Shown: one piece after another, positions 37,792-49,087 of the stretch
Layout of the letters: each line of letters starts with the position of its first letter
Position numbering within the stretch: the first letter of the stretch is position 1
Source of the DNA: Pseudomonadota bacterium
Lineage (GTDB): Bacteria; Pseudomonadota; Alphaproteobacteria; Sphingomonadales; SMXR01
Direction of reading: 5' to 3'
NCBI GenBank assembly: GCA_022566215.1
Contig: JADFJJ010000004.1
Span: 283 to 64,282 of the forward strand
DNA: 64,000 nt
Program-made: the position numbers and the translations under genes
The notes under the pieces: generated by a model
Seen by the model: only the letters and a program-made list of their open reading frames with translations
Told to the model about the DNA's origin: nothing
The model's database searches: none

Positions 37792-39338
37792 TATTCCCAC
37801 TCAATGGTTCCGGGGGGTTTTGAGGTTATATCATAGACGATCCGGTTGATACCCTGAACCTCGTTGATAATGCGGGTGGCGACCCGGCCCAGAAAGTCAT
37901 GGGAAAAATCATAATAATCCGCGGTCATGCCGTCGCTGGAGGTCACCGCCCGGAGCGCGCAGACATAATCATAAGTGCGGGCATCCCCCATGACGCCAAC
38001 GGTTCTGACTGGCAGCAGCACGGCAAAGGCCTGCCAGATCTCGTTGTAAAGTCCGGCCTTGCTGATTTCTTCCAGGTAAATGGCGTCCGCTTTCCTAAGC
38101 AGGCCGCATTTCTCTCTGGTCACTTCGCCCGGGATGCGGATCGCCAGCCCCGGGCCCGGGAACGGGTGACGTTCGACCAATGCGGCCGGCAAACCCAGTT
38201 CACGGCCCAGCTCGCGAACCTCATCCTTGAACAGCTCGCGCAGGGGCTCGATCAGTTCCAGTTTCATTTTTTCAGGCAGCCCGCCGACGTTGTGGTGCGA
38301 CTTGATGGTCTGGCTGGGGCCGCCGGTGAACGAGACGCTTTCAATCACATCGGGGTACAGGGTGCCCTGGGCGAGGAAATCCGCATCCTTGATTTTTCCG
38401 GCTTCCGCTTCAAACACCTCGATGAAAGTAGCGCCGATGATTTTTCTTTTTTCCTCCGGGTCTTCGACGCCCTTGAGGCGGCTGAGGAACAGCTCAGAGG
38501 CATCGCGGTGAATCAGGTTGATGTGATAATGATCGCGGAACAGCTTTACCACCTGTTTGGCCTCGCCCTCGCGAAGCAGGCCGTGATCGACGAAAACGCA
38601 GGTCAACTGATCGCCGATCGCCTCCTGCAGCAGGACCGACACCACCGAAGAATCAACCCCGCCGGAAAGCCCGCAAATGACATGTTTCTTGCCGACCTGG
38701 TCGCGGATTGACTGGATTTTCTGGGTCTTGAAATGCTCCATCGTCCAGTCGCCGCCGCAGCCGCATATTTTGTGGACGAAATTTGCCAGGATTTCCGCCC
38801 CCTTAAGCGTGTGCACCACTTCCGGGTGAAATTGCAGGCCGTAGAAGCGGCGCTGGTCATCGGCGATCGCGGCGAACGGCGCATTTTCGCTGGCGGCGAC
38901 GATTTTAAAGCCTTCCGGGATCGCGGTCACGGTATCGCCGTGGCTCATCCACACCTGATCCTTGCCGCCTTTTTTCCAAACCCCCTCGAACAGCAGGCAA
39001 TCGTCCTTGATTTCAAGCGAAGCACGGCCAAATTCGCGGTTTTCCGCGGCCGCTACCGTGCCGCCCAGGTGGTCGACCATATCCTGCTGGCCATAGCATA
39101 TGCCAAGGATTGGGAGACCCAGTTTGAAAATTTCGTCAGGGGCTCTGGGAGTATCTGAACCGGTTACCGATGCCGGCCCGCCGGAGAGGATTATGCCTTT
39201 GGGCGCCAACCGCCTGAGCCCATCCAGCGCCCTGGTATAGGGCACGATCTCACAGTATACGCCAGCTTCGCGTACCCGCCGTGCGATCAGTTGTGTCACC
39301 TGGGATCCAAAATCGATTATCAGTATGCGCTCGGCCAT
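37791..39338 (-). CDS. guaA: GMP synthase (glutamine-hydrolysing)
   Basis: GATase ICYGQQ, PP-loop LSGGVDSSV and C-terminal PPGTIEWE. Confidence 0.96.
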   Translation of the reverse strand: MAERILIIDFGSQVTQLIARRVREAGVYCEIVPYTRALDGLRRLAPKGIILSGGPASVTGSDTPRAPDEIFKLGLPILGICYGQQDMVDHLGGTVAAAENREFGRASLEIKDDCLLFEGVWKKGGKDQVWMSHGDTVTAIPEGFKIVAASENAPFAAIADDQRRFYGLQFHPEVVHTLKGAEILANFVHKICGCGGDWTMEHFKTQKIQSIRDQVGKKHVICGLSGGVDSSVVSVLLQEAIGDQLTCVFVDHGLLREGEAKQVVKLFRDHYHINLIHRDASELFLSRLKGVEDPEEKRKIIGATFIEVFEAEAGKIKDADFLAQGTLYPDVIESVSFTGGPSQTIKSHHNVGGLPEKMKLELIEPLRELFKDEVRELGRELGLPAALVERHPFPGPGLAIRIPGEVTREKCGLLRKADAIYLEEISKAGLYNEIWQAFAVLLPVRTVGVMGDARTYDYVCALRAVTSSDGMTADYYDFSHDFLGRVATRIINEVQGINRIVYDITSKPPGTIEWE

Positions 39339-39515
39339 AAAGGGCGTCCCCTGAATTTAGGATCAACAGCGTTTACCTGAAAATGGCGGATTTTAAAACA
39401 TGCAATTACAGGTTTTTCCAATTTCCCCCGGTCTGTGTGCCGGAACAGCCCAAAAAATTCGAAATTCAGGGCGTTAAATTAAGTTTAAGAAACTTTATTA
39501 AGATATTGTTATTGC

Positions 39516-40013
39516 TTAACTATTTGAGTTATCAAGTTCAGCGGAAGCCTGGTTGGTCTCAAGCGCCTGGTTGAGCCGCTCCAACTCTTCGCAAGTCCCC
39601 GCCAGACAGATGGTTTCCATCTTTTTGCGGATTTCCTCAACCTCATCCAGCGATTCTGCCGCCAGGTGGCTATAAGCGGCCAGTTCAAGGATACGCATGC
39701 TGGTCGGGTTCAGCGACAGCGCGATGTCGAAATATTTCAGGCTCAGGGAAAAGGATTTGACTTCAAAATAAAGGCTGCCCAAACCGACGTAGGCCTCAAT
39801 ATTCTGCGGGTCGGCGACCATCGATTGTTCAAACCTGGCGAGCGCGGTATTATAATCCCCGGCCGCAAGGGCGCTCCGGCCCTCGCCGCTCAGAATTGTT
39901 GATATTTTCCCGTAAGGGCTTGATTCTTGCGCGTTTGCGGGCATTGAAAACAGCGCCGCCGTGAGCATCAAGGCGCCAATTACCATAAAATACCTGGTTG
40001 TTTTGAAAATCAT
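39516..40013 (-). CDS. secreted tetratricopeptide-repeat protein
   Basis: 165 aa with a signal peptide (VIGALMLTAALFSMPANA) and TPR-like repeats (YNTALARFEQS..., AYVGLGSLYFE...). Confidence 0.6.
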   Translation of the reverse strand: MIFKTTRYFMVIGALMLTAALFSMPANAQESSPYGKISTILSGEGRSALAAGDYNTALARFEQSMVADPQNIEAYVGLGSLYFEVKSFSLSLKYFDIALSLNPTSMRILELAAYSHLAAESLDEVEEIRKKMETICLAGTCEELERLNQALETNQASAELDNSNS

Positions 40014-40057
40014 CCCTTACCTCTACTTTATTCCCCGGGGTCAGTCTAAGTGAAAGT

Positions 40058-41356
40058 TTACTTCTTTTCCAGAACGCATACGAAAAAGCCGTCACAGCCA
40101 TGTTGCACCGGGGTCAACAACAGGCAGCCGGGAAGATGCGAAGCGCTTTCCGGGATCTCCCGCAAACCACGATCCTTTAAAATCTCCCGGTAATCCAGGC
40201 ATTTCCAGCCCTCCTCCGCCCCCAGGAAGCCGGTGATCTGCGCCTCCCCTTCCGATTCCAGCAGCGAACAGGTGATATAAACCAGGCGCCCGCCACTCTT
40301 GACCAGCCCCGCCCCCTCGGCCAGCAGCGCCTTTTGCGCCTCCTGATAGCCCTTGAGCTTTTCCCCGGTCAGGCGAAAGCGGCCATCGGGGCTGCGCCGC
40401 CAGGTTCCGGTGCCGGAACAAGGCAGATCCAGGATCACCCGGTCGATCCTGCCCGAAAGCGGTTGCAACAGCGCCGCGCGGCCCTTTTCATCCGCGGGCA
40501 AAACCGCCGCCTGTACGTTTCGCACCCCGGCCCTCTGGACCCGTTTGCCGAGCTGGCTGAGGCGGCGATGGTCAATATCAAAGGCGTAAATCTGCCCCCG
40601 GTTGGCCATTTCCGCCGCCAGGCCGAGCGTTTTGCCGCCCGCGCCGGCGCACAGGTCAACCACCTGCATCCCGGGCCGGGCCCCAGCCAGCAGCATCGCC
40701 AGTTGCGATCCTTCATCCTGGACTTCTATTTTACCGTCACGAAACAGGGGGTGGTTGTGCAGCGCCAGCGGCGTTTGGGACGTGAACCCAAGCGGTGAAT
40801 ATCTGGTTGGCTGAAACCCCAGCTCCGCCAGGTCTTTTGCGCTATCCTCCAGCTTTCCTTTCAGGCTGTTGAGGCGGACCGTAAACGGCGCCCGTTGATT
40901 TAAAGATTGGAGTTCTTCCGCGGTTTTATCGCCAAACCTCTCGAGGAATTCCGGGTAAAGCCATTCCGGGCAGTTGAGTTTCGCCCACTCCGGCGCTTCG
41001 GGTTTATTTTTGGCAAGGGCTTTAATGAGCGCGCCTTCCTCTTCATTAAGGGCCTCAAGGCCATATTGATCGCCGCCAAACAAGCCCTTTTCAAACGCGT
41101 CCGTCTCCACCAGGTGCAGCAGCAGCACCGCCTTCGGCGTAGCATCAAAGCTCAAGGCCTCTACCTTCCAGGCCAGCGCCAGATAATCGCGGATGAGGAG
41201 GTAGAGCGTTTCCTGAATGGCGCGGCGGTCCTTGGCGCCGATGTAACGGTTGGCGCGGAAATGTTTTCCGGCCAGCACATCGAGCGGCTGGGAAAGTTCG
41301 GAAAAGAAGGCCTCAAGCAGCGCCAAAACCGTTCTCAGGCGGGCTGACGGCTTCAT
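40058..41356 (-). CDS. RsmB/NOP-family SAM-dependent RNA methyltransferase
   Basis: VVDLCAGAGGKT SAM motif and DRVILDLPCSGTGTWRR catalytic-Cys motif. Confidence 0.85.
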   Translation of the reverse strand: MKPSARLRTVLALLEAFFSELSQPLDVLAGKHFRANRYIGAKDRRAIQETLYLLIRDYLALAWKVEALSFDATPKAVLLLHLVETDAFEKGLFGGDQYGLEALNEEEGALIKALAKNKPEAPEWAKLNCPEWLYPEFLERFGDKTAEELQSLNQRAPFTVRLNSLKGKLEDSAKDLAELGFQPTRYSPLGFTSQTPLALHNHPLFRDGKIEVQDEGSQLAMLLAGARPGMQVVDLCAGAGGKTLGLAAEMANRGQIYAFDIDHRRLSQLGKRVQRAGVRNVQAAVLPADEKGRAALLQPLSGRIDRVILDLPCSGTGTWRRSPDGRFRLTGEKLKGYQEAQKALLAEGAGLVKSGGRLVYITCSLLESEGEAQITGFLGAEEGWKCLDYREILKDRGLREIPESASHLPGCLLLTPVQHGCDGFFVCVLEKK

Positions 41357-41362
41357 CGCCCT

Positions 41363-42901
<1,539 letters not shown>

Positions 42902-43582
42902 TCACTTGCCCCGATAACCGGTGGCCAGCACAAAAAGCTCGCGCGAATCGGAACGTGATGAGGGCGGTTTAATGTGGCGGACCTTGTCGAAGTTCTGTTT
43001 CATGGCGTCCAGAAGCTCGCCCTCGCTTCCGCCGCGCAGCACTTTGGTGAGAAACAGGCCGCCCGGCTTCAGGACCTCGATGGCGAAATCGAGCCCGGCT
43101 TCGGCCAGCGCCATGGTGCGGATATGATCGGTGGCGCGGTGGCCGGTGGCGGCGCTGGCCATATCACTGATCACCGCATCCGCCCCGCCGGCGCATTTTT
43201 CAAGGATCGTTTTCCGGACCTGGTCATCAAGCAAGTCGCCCGCGATGAAGTCCACCCCCGCGATCGGTTCCATTTTCTGTAAATCGACAGCGATGATCCG
43301 CGCTCCCGGTGCGATCTGGCGCAAAACCTGGCACCAGCCGCCGGGCGCGGCCCCCAGGTCGACAATTATCCCGGCCCCCTTAAAGAGGTGATATTTTTCA
43401 TCGATCTCGATCAGCTTGAAAGCGGCCCGGGTGCGGTAGCCGAGCCGCCGGGCCTCGGCCACGTAGGGGTCGTTCAGCTGGCGCCGCAGCCAGCGGGTGG
43501 AGGAAATCTTCCTGCCCCGGGCGGTCTTGACGTTTACTTTCTTGCCTCTGGAGCGGCTTTTGGGATCTGAGGTTTTGGCCAT
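42902..43582 (-). CDS. rlmE: 23S rRNA 2'-O-ribose U2552 methyltransferase
   Basis: FtsJ fold: YRTRAAFKL, VDLGAAPGGW and ISDMA motifs. Confidence 0.93.
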   Translation of the reverse strand: MAKTSDPKSRSRGKKVNVKTARGRKISSTRWLRRQLNDPYVAEARRLGYRTRAAFKLIEIDEKYHLFKGAGIIVDLGAAPGGWCQVLRQIAPGARIIAVDLQKMEPIAGVDFIAGDLLDDQVRKTILEKCAGGADAVISDMASAATGHRATDHIRTMALAEAGLDFAIEVLKPGGLFLTKVLRGGSEGELLDAMKQNFDKVRHIKPPSSRSDSRELFVLATGYRGK

Positions 43583-43626
43583 ACCCCCTCCTTACCCCAT
43601 TCCCGGCTTTCCTGAAACACCGCCTG

Positions 43627-43654
43627 TTGACAATTGGCGGGATTAAAATATATA
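43627..43654 (+). promoter_or_regulatory. candidate sigma-70-type promoter for tRNA-Gln
   Basis: TTGACA (43627-43632), a 16-nt spacer, then TATATA (43649-43654), about 14 nt upstream of the tRNA 5' end. Confidence 0.45.
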
Positions 43655-43667
43655 GCAAACCCTCTTT

Positions 43668-43741
43668 TGCCCCGTCGTATAACGGTAATACTACGGACTC
43701 TGAATCCGTCAATCGTGGTTCGAATCCACGCGGGGCATCCA
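43668..43741 (+). tRNA. tRNA-Gln (anticodon CTG)
   Basis: Hand-folded cloverleaf: acceptor TGCCCCG/CGGGGCA, D-stem GTAT/ATAC, anticodon stem ACGGA/TCCGT with loop CTCTGAA, T-arm CGTGG-TTCGAAT-CCACG, and encoded CCA at 43739-43741. Confidence 0.93.
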
Positions 43742-43828
43742 CTCCCTCCCCTGATTTATGGTTTCCGGTTGACTTTTAACTCGAAACCGAATAGAACAAA
43801 AGAAGAACATTTACAGGCGAGGTTAGCT

Positions 43829-44011
43829 ATGGAAGCAGGATTTATCAGCATTTTCGGGATTTTAGCCTTCATTTCGCTCTGGGTAGTCGCCCTTAAGGGT
43901 CTGTTGAGTGCAATCCGCCCGATTGTCAGGTATTTAAGGGGCGTCCGCTCTCCCGCCGCCGGGCCGGCCTTTCGCCCCTATTATTCGGAAACTTTCCATC
44001 AGGTTCTTTAA
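43829..44011 (+). CDS. possible small membrane protein (60 aa)
   Basis: MEAGFISIFGILAFISLWVVALKGLL... has one hydrophobic helix and is followed 25 nt later by a strong terminator. No family recognised. This is the in-frame internal start of ORF 43634..44011, whose 5' part overlaps the tRNA. Confidence 0.3.
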   Translation: MEAGFISIFGILAFISLWVVALKGLLSAIRPIVRYLRGVRSPAAGPAFRPYYSETFHQVL

Positions 44012-44035
44012 GCTGCAAAAATATCACCTGAATTA

Positions 44036-44060
44036 AGTCCGCTTCGGCGGGCTTTTTTTT
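44036..44060 (+). terminator. rho-independent terminator
   Basis: AGTCCGC-TTCG-GCGGGCT (7-bp stem, UUCG loop) followed by T8. Confidence 0.7.
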
Positions 44061-44129
44061 GTCTTTTCCCCTTTACATTGGATATTAACACCACTATATA
44101 TATCGCATTGATACTATTGGAAAGATGAA

Positions 44130-44696
44130 ATGGATATTAAAACACTTTGTTTAGGCATACTGTCGCTTGGCGATGCGACCGGCTATGAAATCAAGAAAAT
44201 GGTCGCCGAAGGGTCGTTAAGTCTTTTTTCAGAAGCCTCTTATGGCTCGATCTACCCTGCCCTCGGCAAATTGATGGAGCAGGGCCTGGTCACCTGCCGG
44301 GCCATGGCCCAGGACAAACGGCCCGATAAAAAGGTTTACTCGCTGACCGAAGCCGGACGCGGGGAGTTGACCCGCTCGCTCAGGAAAGACCCCGACCCGG
44401 ACAAGAACCGTTCGGAATTCCTGGCCGCGATTCTGTTTTGTGAATCGGTTGCGCCGGAGCGTGTGACCACACTGATTCAGGACCGCATTGTCGAACATGA
44501 GGAAAAAATTGTCGCCCTTGAAGGGCTGCTGGCCGGTGAAATGACCCCGGCCTCCCGGTTTGTGGTTGAGTATGGTATCGCCACCCAGAAAGCTGCCTTG
44601 AAGTTTCTTCAGAGCCACCAGGGCAGCCTTGTGGGCGCGGCGGCGAAAAGCGCCGCCAATGAATTAAAGGAGGTCGACACGCCCGCCGCAAAATAA
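44130..44696 (+). CDS. PadR family transcriptional regulator
   Basis: N-terminal wHTH: GDATGYEIKKMV...SYGSIYPALGKLMEQGLV. Located upstream of the efflux genes. Confidence 0.85.
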   Translation: MDIKTLCLGILSLGDATGYEIKKMVAEGSLSLFSEASYGSIYPALGKLMEQGLVTCRAMAQDKRPDKKVYSLTEAGRGELTRSLRKDPDPDKNRSEFLAAILFCESVAPERVTTLIQDRIVEHEEKIVALEGLLAGEMTPASRFVVEYGIATQKAALKFLQSHQGSLVGAAAKSAANELKEVDTPAAK

Positions 44697-44765
44697 ATAA
44701 CAATTACATCATCCGGTTCACTTAACTGAGGGGCCCGCCCCATATAAAAAAAGGACGACAGCGAA

Positions 44766-45881
44766 ATGGAAACCGTAAAAAAAAGAAAAAGCTTCAGGCA
44801 ATTGGTAAAATCCCCGGTCGGGCTGGCGGTGGTCATTTTGGCCGTAATCGTCAGCTATGTCACGATAGGGTCAATGCTGGGCGGCGACGGCCAAGCCAAC
44901 AGCACCCCGGGCGAGGTTGAAAACCCCGCCGATGAGTTGTTCCTGGTCAGCACCCGGATGATAACCGCCATCGATTACGTTGAACAGATTCAGGTGCGCG
45001 GCCGCACCGAGGCCCTGAAAAAAGTAAGCCTCAAGGCCGAGGTTACCGGCCGGGTGATCGCCACCCCGGTTGAAAAGGGCGAGCGCGTGAAGGCCGGACA
45101 GACCATCTGCAAGATTGCCCCCAACGCCCGTGAGGCCAACCTGGCCAAGGCCGAGGCTTTGGCGGCCCAGCGGCAGCTGGAATACGACGCCTCACTGGAA
45201 TTATCGAAAAAGGGTTTTCGCTCGGAAACCCAGGTGGCCGCGGCCAAGGCCCAACTGGACGCCGCCAACGCCGAGGTTCGCCAGGCCGAAGTGGAATTGG
45301 ATAATACCTCGATCAAGGCGCCCTTCGCCGGCCTGGTTAATGAGCGTCCGGCTGAAGTGGGTGACTTCCTTCAGGTCGGCAGCACCTGCGCCATCCTTTT
45401 AAGCGATAACCCCTATCTGGTGGTCGGTGAAGTTTCAGACCGCCAGGTCAGCCGCATCAAAAAGGGCCAGCCAGCCACGGTCGAGCTTAGCGATGGTGCC
45501 ATCATTGAAGGCACGGTTCGCTATATCTCAAGCGCCGCCCGGATTGAAACCCGCACCTTCCGGGTTGAAATTGAAGTGTCGAACCCGGCCCTTGAGATGC
45601 GCGAAGGAATGACCGCAAACATCCTGATCCCGACCGCCAGCGCCAAGGCGCACTTCCTGACCCCTTCCCTTTTGACCTTGAAGGACGACGGCTCGGTGGG
45701 TATCCGGATCGTTGAGGGTGACACCGTCAGATTTTTCCCGATCACGATTGCCGGGAGCAACCCCGACGGCCTGTGGGTCAAGGGCCTGCCCGACCAGATC
45801 CAGCTCATTATTGCCGGACAGAATTTCGTTACCGAAGGCCAGCAGGTCAGGGTTTCGGTTGAGGGCGGGGGAGACCAATAA
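44766..45881 (+). CDS. RND efflux periplasmic adaptor (membrane fusion protein)
   Basis: N-terminal TM, a coiled-coil hairpin (AKAEALAAQRQLEYD...AKAQLDAANAEVRQAEVELDNTSIKAPFAG) and beta-barrel domains. Confidence 0.9.
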   Translation: METVKKRKSFRQLVKSPVGLAVVILAVIVSYVTIGSMLGGDGQANSTPGEVENPADELFLVSTRMITAIDYVEQIQVRGRTEALKKVSLKAEVTGRVIATPVEKGERVKAGQTICKIAPNAREANLAKAEALAAQRQLEYDASLELSKKGFRSETQVAAAKAQLDAANAEVRQAEVELDNTSIKAPFAGLVNERPAEVGDFLQVGSTCAILLSDNPYLVVGEVSDRQVSRIKKGQPATVELSDGAIIEGTVRYISSAARIETRTFRVEIEVSNPALEMREGMTANILIPTASAKAHFLTPSLLTLKDDGSVGIRIVEGDTVRFFPITIAGSNPDGLWVKGLPDQIQLIIAGQNFVTEGQQVRVSVEGGGDQ

Positions 45882-48800
45882 TGAATAAGATCATCCGCGC
45901 CGCGGTTGAACATAACCGGGCGACGCTTTCCGCCCTGTTCGTCATCTTTGTTCTGGGGATTGTTTCCTACAGCCTTATCACCAAAGAACAGAACCCGGAT
46001 ATTCCGATTCCCTGGTTTAATATTTTTATGATTCATGAGGGCATTTCTCCTGAGGATTCCGAGCGCCTTTTGATCAAACCGATGGAGGTTCAGCTGCGCT
46101 CCATCTCGGGCGTCAAGCAAATGATCAGTATCGCCAACGAGGGAACTGCCTCGATCTGGCTCGAGTTTTACCCGGACCAGGATCACGCCAAGGCGCTTGA
46201 TGACATCCGGGACGCGGTAAATAACGCCCAGGGCGATCTTCCGGGCGGTACCGAAAAGCCGCTGATTTTTGAAAACAACCCGGCGACACAACCCATTCTG
46301 GCCTTTGTTCTTTACGGCAACGCCAGCGAACAAACCTTTACCAACCTCGCGCAACGGGTAAAGGACGAACTTGAATCCCTGCCCAATGTGCTTGACGCTG
46401 ATATCAGCGGCACCCGCCAGGAGGTTTTGGAGATCATTATCGATCCGGCCAAGCTGGCCGCCTACAACCTTACCCCGCAAGAGCTTTTGACCACCATCAG
46501 CGCCAACAACCGGCTGGTGGCGGCAGGCTCGCTGGAGACCGGAGAGGGGCGTTTTTCGATCAAGATTCCGGGGGTTTTCGAGAACCAGATAGATATTTTG
46601 AGCCTGCCCCTCAAAACCTCCAGCGACGGGGTGGTCACGATTGGCGACCTGACCGAGGTGCGCCGGACCTTCAAGGATCCGGTCCGGCTGTCGCGCATGA
46701 ACGGCAAACCGGCGGTTACGATTGAAGTTTCCAAGCGCATCGGCACCAATGAAATTGAAACTTCCGAGCAGGTTCACGCCCTTTTGGATGCCGCTCAAAA
46801 GTCTTCCCTTTGGCCGGAGGGCATAGAGGTTGTCTATGTCTGGGATTCCGCGGATTTTACCCGGGAGTTTCTTGAAACCCTGCAAAACAGTGTGCTTTCC
46901 GCGATCTTGCTGGTGGCGGTTCTGGTGGTTGCGGTGCTTGGCATCCGCTCCGCCACGATCGTTGGCATTACCATCCCCGGTGCCTTCCTGTTTGGCATCA
47001 TGACCCTTTACCTGTTCGGTTACTCGATCAATATCGTTGTTATGTTCGGTCTTATTCTGGCGGTCGGCCTGCTGGTCGACGGAGCGATTGTAGTCAGTGA
47101 ATACGCGGACCGCAAAATGCTCGAGGGCTTGCCGAAAAAAGAAGCCTACATCGCCGCCGCCCAGCGCATGGCGTGGCCGATCACCTCGTCCACCCTGACC
47201 ACCATTGCGGCTTTTTTCCCGCTTCTCTTTTGGCCGGACATTATTGGTGAATATATGAGCTTTTTGCCCCTGACCCTGATTTTTGTTCTGGCCGGTTCAT
47301 TAATCATGGCGTTGATTTTCCTCCCGACCCTTGGCTCTCTGTTTGGCAAACCAGGAGCCGCCGACCCCAATGCCATGGCCGCGCTGGCCGCCGACCATGA
47401 AATGGATGTCGACACCATGCCCGGTTTTACCGGGAAATATGCCCGTTTCCTGTCACGGCTGGTTAACACGCCCCGGAAATGCTGGTCACTGGTTGGGATC
47501 GTCCCGGTGGTTTTTATTGCGATCAACGGGATTTATATAGCAATGGGCACCGGCACCGAATTTTTCCCGCAAGGGGAGCCCGACAACGTCCGCCTGGCTA
47601 TTCATGCACGGGGTAATTTGTCGCCGGTGGAGATGGACAAAATTTCCCATGATGTGGAAAAAACCATCGAGGATATTCCCGGCATCAAAAACATTTACAG
47701 CACCTCCGGGCAGGGGCTTAGCTCGTCGCGTGGCGCCGGCGATGTCATTTCCCGCATAAATGTCATTTTTGAGGATTGGCAAACCCGCCGTCCGGCTGAT
47801 GATATTATCGCCGAGATCAGGGAAGCCACCTCGGTTATTCCGGGGATTATCGTCGAGCCCCTGCTTGATAACAGCGGCCCGACCTCGGGCAAGGATATCC
47901 AGATCAGGATCGCTTCCGAGATTACCTCGGAAATGGATTTTGTGGTTGATGAACTGGTCACCTACATGGGCACCATGGAAAATCTTGAAGATGTCGAGGA
48001 TAACCGGCCGCTGCCCAACATCCAGTGGGTGATGGAAGTGGACCGGGCCGAGGCCAGCCGCTATGGCACCAACCTGGCGACCATCGGCAGCATCATCCAG
48101 CTGGTCACCAACGGCATCAAGGTTGGCGAATACCGCCCCGACGATGCCGAGGACGAACTGGATATCCGGGTTCGTTTCCCCATCGATGAACGGGGCATCG
48201 AGCAACTCGACAAGCTCTTGATGCCAACCCCTCAGGGGAATATTCCTATTTCAAATTTTGTCAAACGGGTTCCCAAGCAAAACGTCAGTAAAATTCGCCG
48301 CGAAAATTCCCAGCGCGTTTGGCGGATCCAGGCCAATGTTGTTCCGGATGTTAACGTCAACGCTGAAATTGACAAGGTCAGGGCCTGGGTTGCTAGCCAA
48401 AATTTCGACCAACGGGTTGACATTAACTTTGACGGCAATACCGAGCAGCAGGAATCCTCCGAAACATTTTTGTTGCAAGCCCTGTTTGGCGCCCTGTTTT
48501 TGATGGCCATGATCCTGATTACCCAGTTTAACAGCCTTTACCGGGCTTTCCTGATCCTCAGTGCGGTTATCTTGTCCACTGTCGGGGTGGTCCTTGGCCT
48601 GATTATTACCGGCTCATCTTTCGGCGTGGTTATGACCGGGGTGGGCGTGATTGCGCTGGCGGGAATTGTCGTGAACAACAATATTGTTCTGATCGACACC
48701 TACGCCCGGCTGGTGAAAAGCGGCATGGAACCCCTTAACGCAATTGTCCAGACCGGGGCGCAGCGGCTGCGTCCGGTGCTGCTGACCACCGTCACCACCG

Positions 48801-49084
48801 TAGTCGGCCTGATGCCGATGGTGTTCCAGTTCAACATCGATTTCTTCACCCCCAGTGTTGTTATTGGCTCGCCGACCTCGTTCATCTGGGTTGGCCTGGC
48901 GCAGGCGATCGTCTTCGGTCTCAGCTTCGCCACGGTCTTGACCCTGATCCTGACCCCGGTGTTCCTGGCCCTGCCGGTCCACTTCAAGAGCCGCCGTGCG
49001 CTCAAGCGCGAACAAGGCCGCCTGGCCGGCCAGCGTCTGAGGCGTCGTTTTGGCCGCAGGCGCTCGCCGGTGCTGGCTGAATAA
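45881..49084 (+). CDS. RND efflux permease (AcrB/HAE1-like)
   Basis: 1067 aa with 12-TM architecture and two large periplasmic loops. The start overlaps the adaptor stop (TAATG). Confidence 0.93.
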   Translation: MNKIIRAAVEHNRATLSALFVIFVLGIVSYSLITKEQNPDIPIPWFNIFMIHEGISPEDSERLLIKPMEVQLRSISGVKQMISIANEGTASIWLEFYPDQDHAKALDDIRDAVNNAQGDLPGGTEKPLIFENNPATQPILAFVLYGNASEQTFTNLAQRVKDELESLPNVLDADISGTRQEVLEIIIDPAKLAAYNLTPQELLTTISANNRLVAAGSLETGEGRFSIKIPGVFENQIDILSLPLKTSSDGVVTIGDLTEVRRTFKDPVRLSRMNGKPAVTIEVSKRIGTNEIETSEQVHALLDAAQKSSLWPEGIEVVYVWDSADFTREFLETLQNSVLSAILLVAVLVVAVLGIRSATIVGITIPGAFLFGIMTLYLFGYSINIVVMFGLILAVGLLVDGAIVVSEYADRKMLEGLPKKEAYIAAAQRMAWPITSSTLTTIAAFFPLLFWPDIIGEYMSFLPLTLIFVLAGSLIMALIFLPTLGSLFGKPGAADPNAMAALAADHEMDVDTMPGFTGKYARFLSRLVNTPRKCWSLVGIVPVVFIAINGIYIAMGTGTEFFPQGEPDNVRLAIHARGNLSPVEMDKISHDVEKTIEDIPGIKNIYSTSGQGLSSSRGAGDVISRINVIFEDWQTRRPADDIIAEIREATSVIPGIIVEPLLDNSGPTSGKDIQIRIASEITSEMDFVVDELVTYMGTMENLEDVEDNRPLPNIQWVMEVDRAEASRYGTNLATIGSIIQLVTNGIKVGEYRPDDAEDELDIRVRFPIDERGIEQLDKLLMPTPQGNIPISNFVKRVPKQNVSKIRRENSQRVWRIQANVVPDVNVNAEIDKVRAWVASQNFDQRVDINFDGNTEQQESSETFLLQALFGALFLMAMILITQFNSLYRAFLILSAVILSTVGVVLGLIITGSSFGVVMTGVGVIALAGIVVNNNIVLIDTYARLVKSGMEPLNAIVQTGAQRLRPVLLTTVTTVVGLMPMVFQFNIDFFTPSVVIGSPTSFIWVGLAQAIVFGLSFATVLTLILTPVFLALPVHFKSRRALKREQGRLAGQRLRRRFGRRRSPVLAE

Positions 49085-49087
49085 GGC

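Noticed and set aside
43398-43742. 114-aa ORF on the minus strand, and the 5' part of ORF 43634..44011
   Set aside because: Both run through the tRNA-Gln gene (the GFEPR-type peptide is the usual antisense-tRNA artefact). Only the 3' portion from ATG 43829 is kept, as a low-confidence small ORF.
45521-46885. 454-aa ORF on the minus strand
   Set aside because: It is antisense to the MFP/RND genes. No domain recognised.
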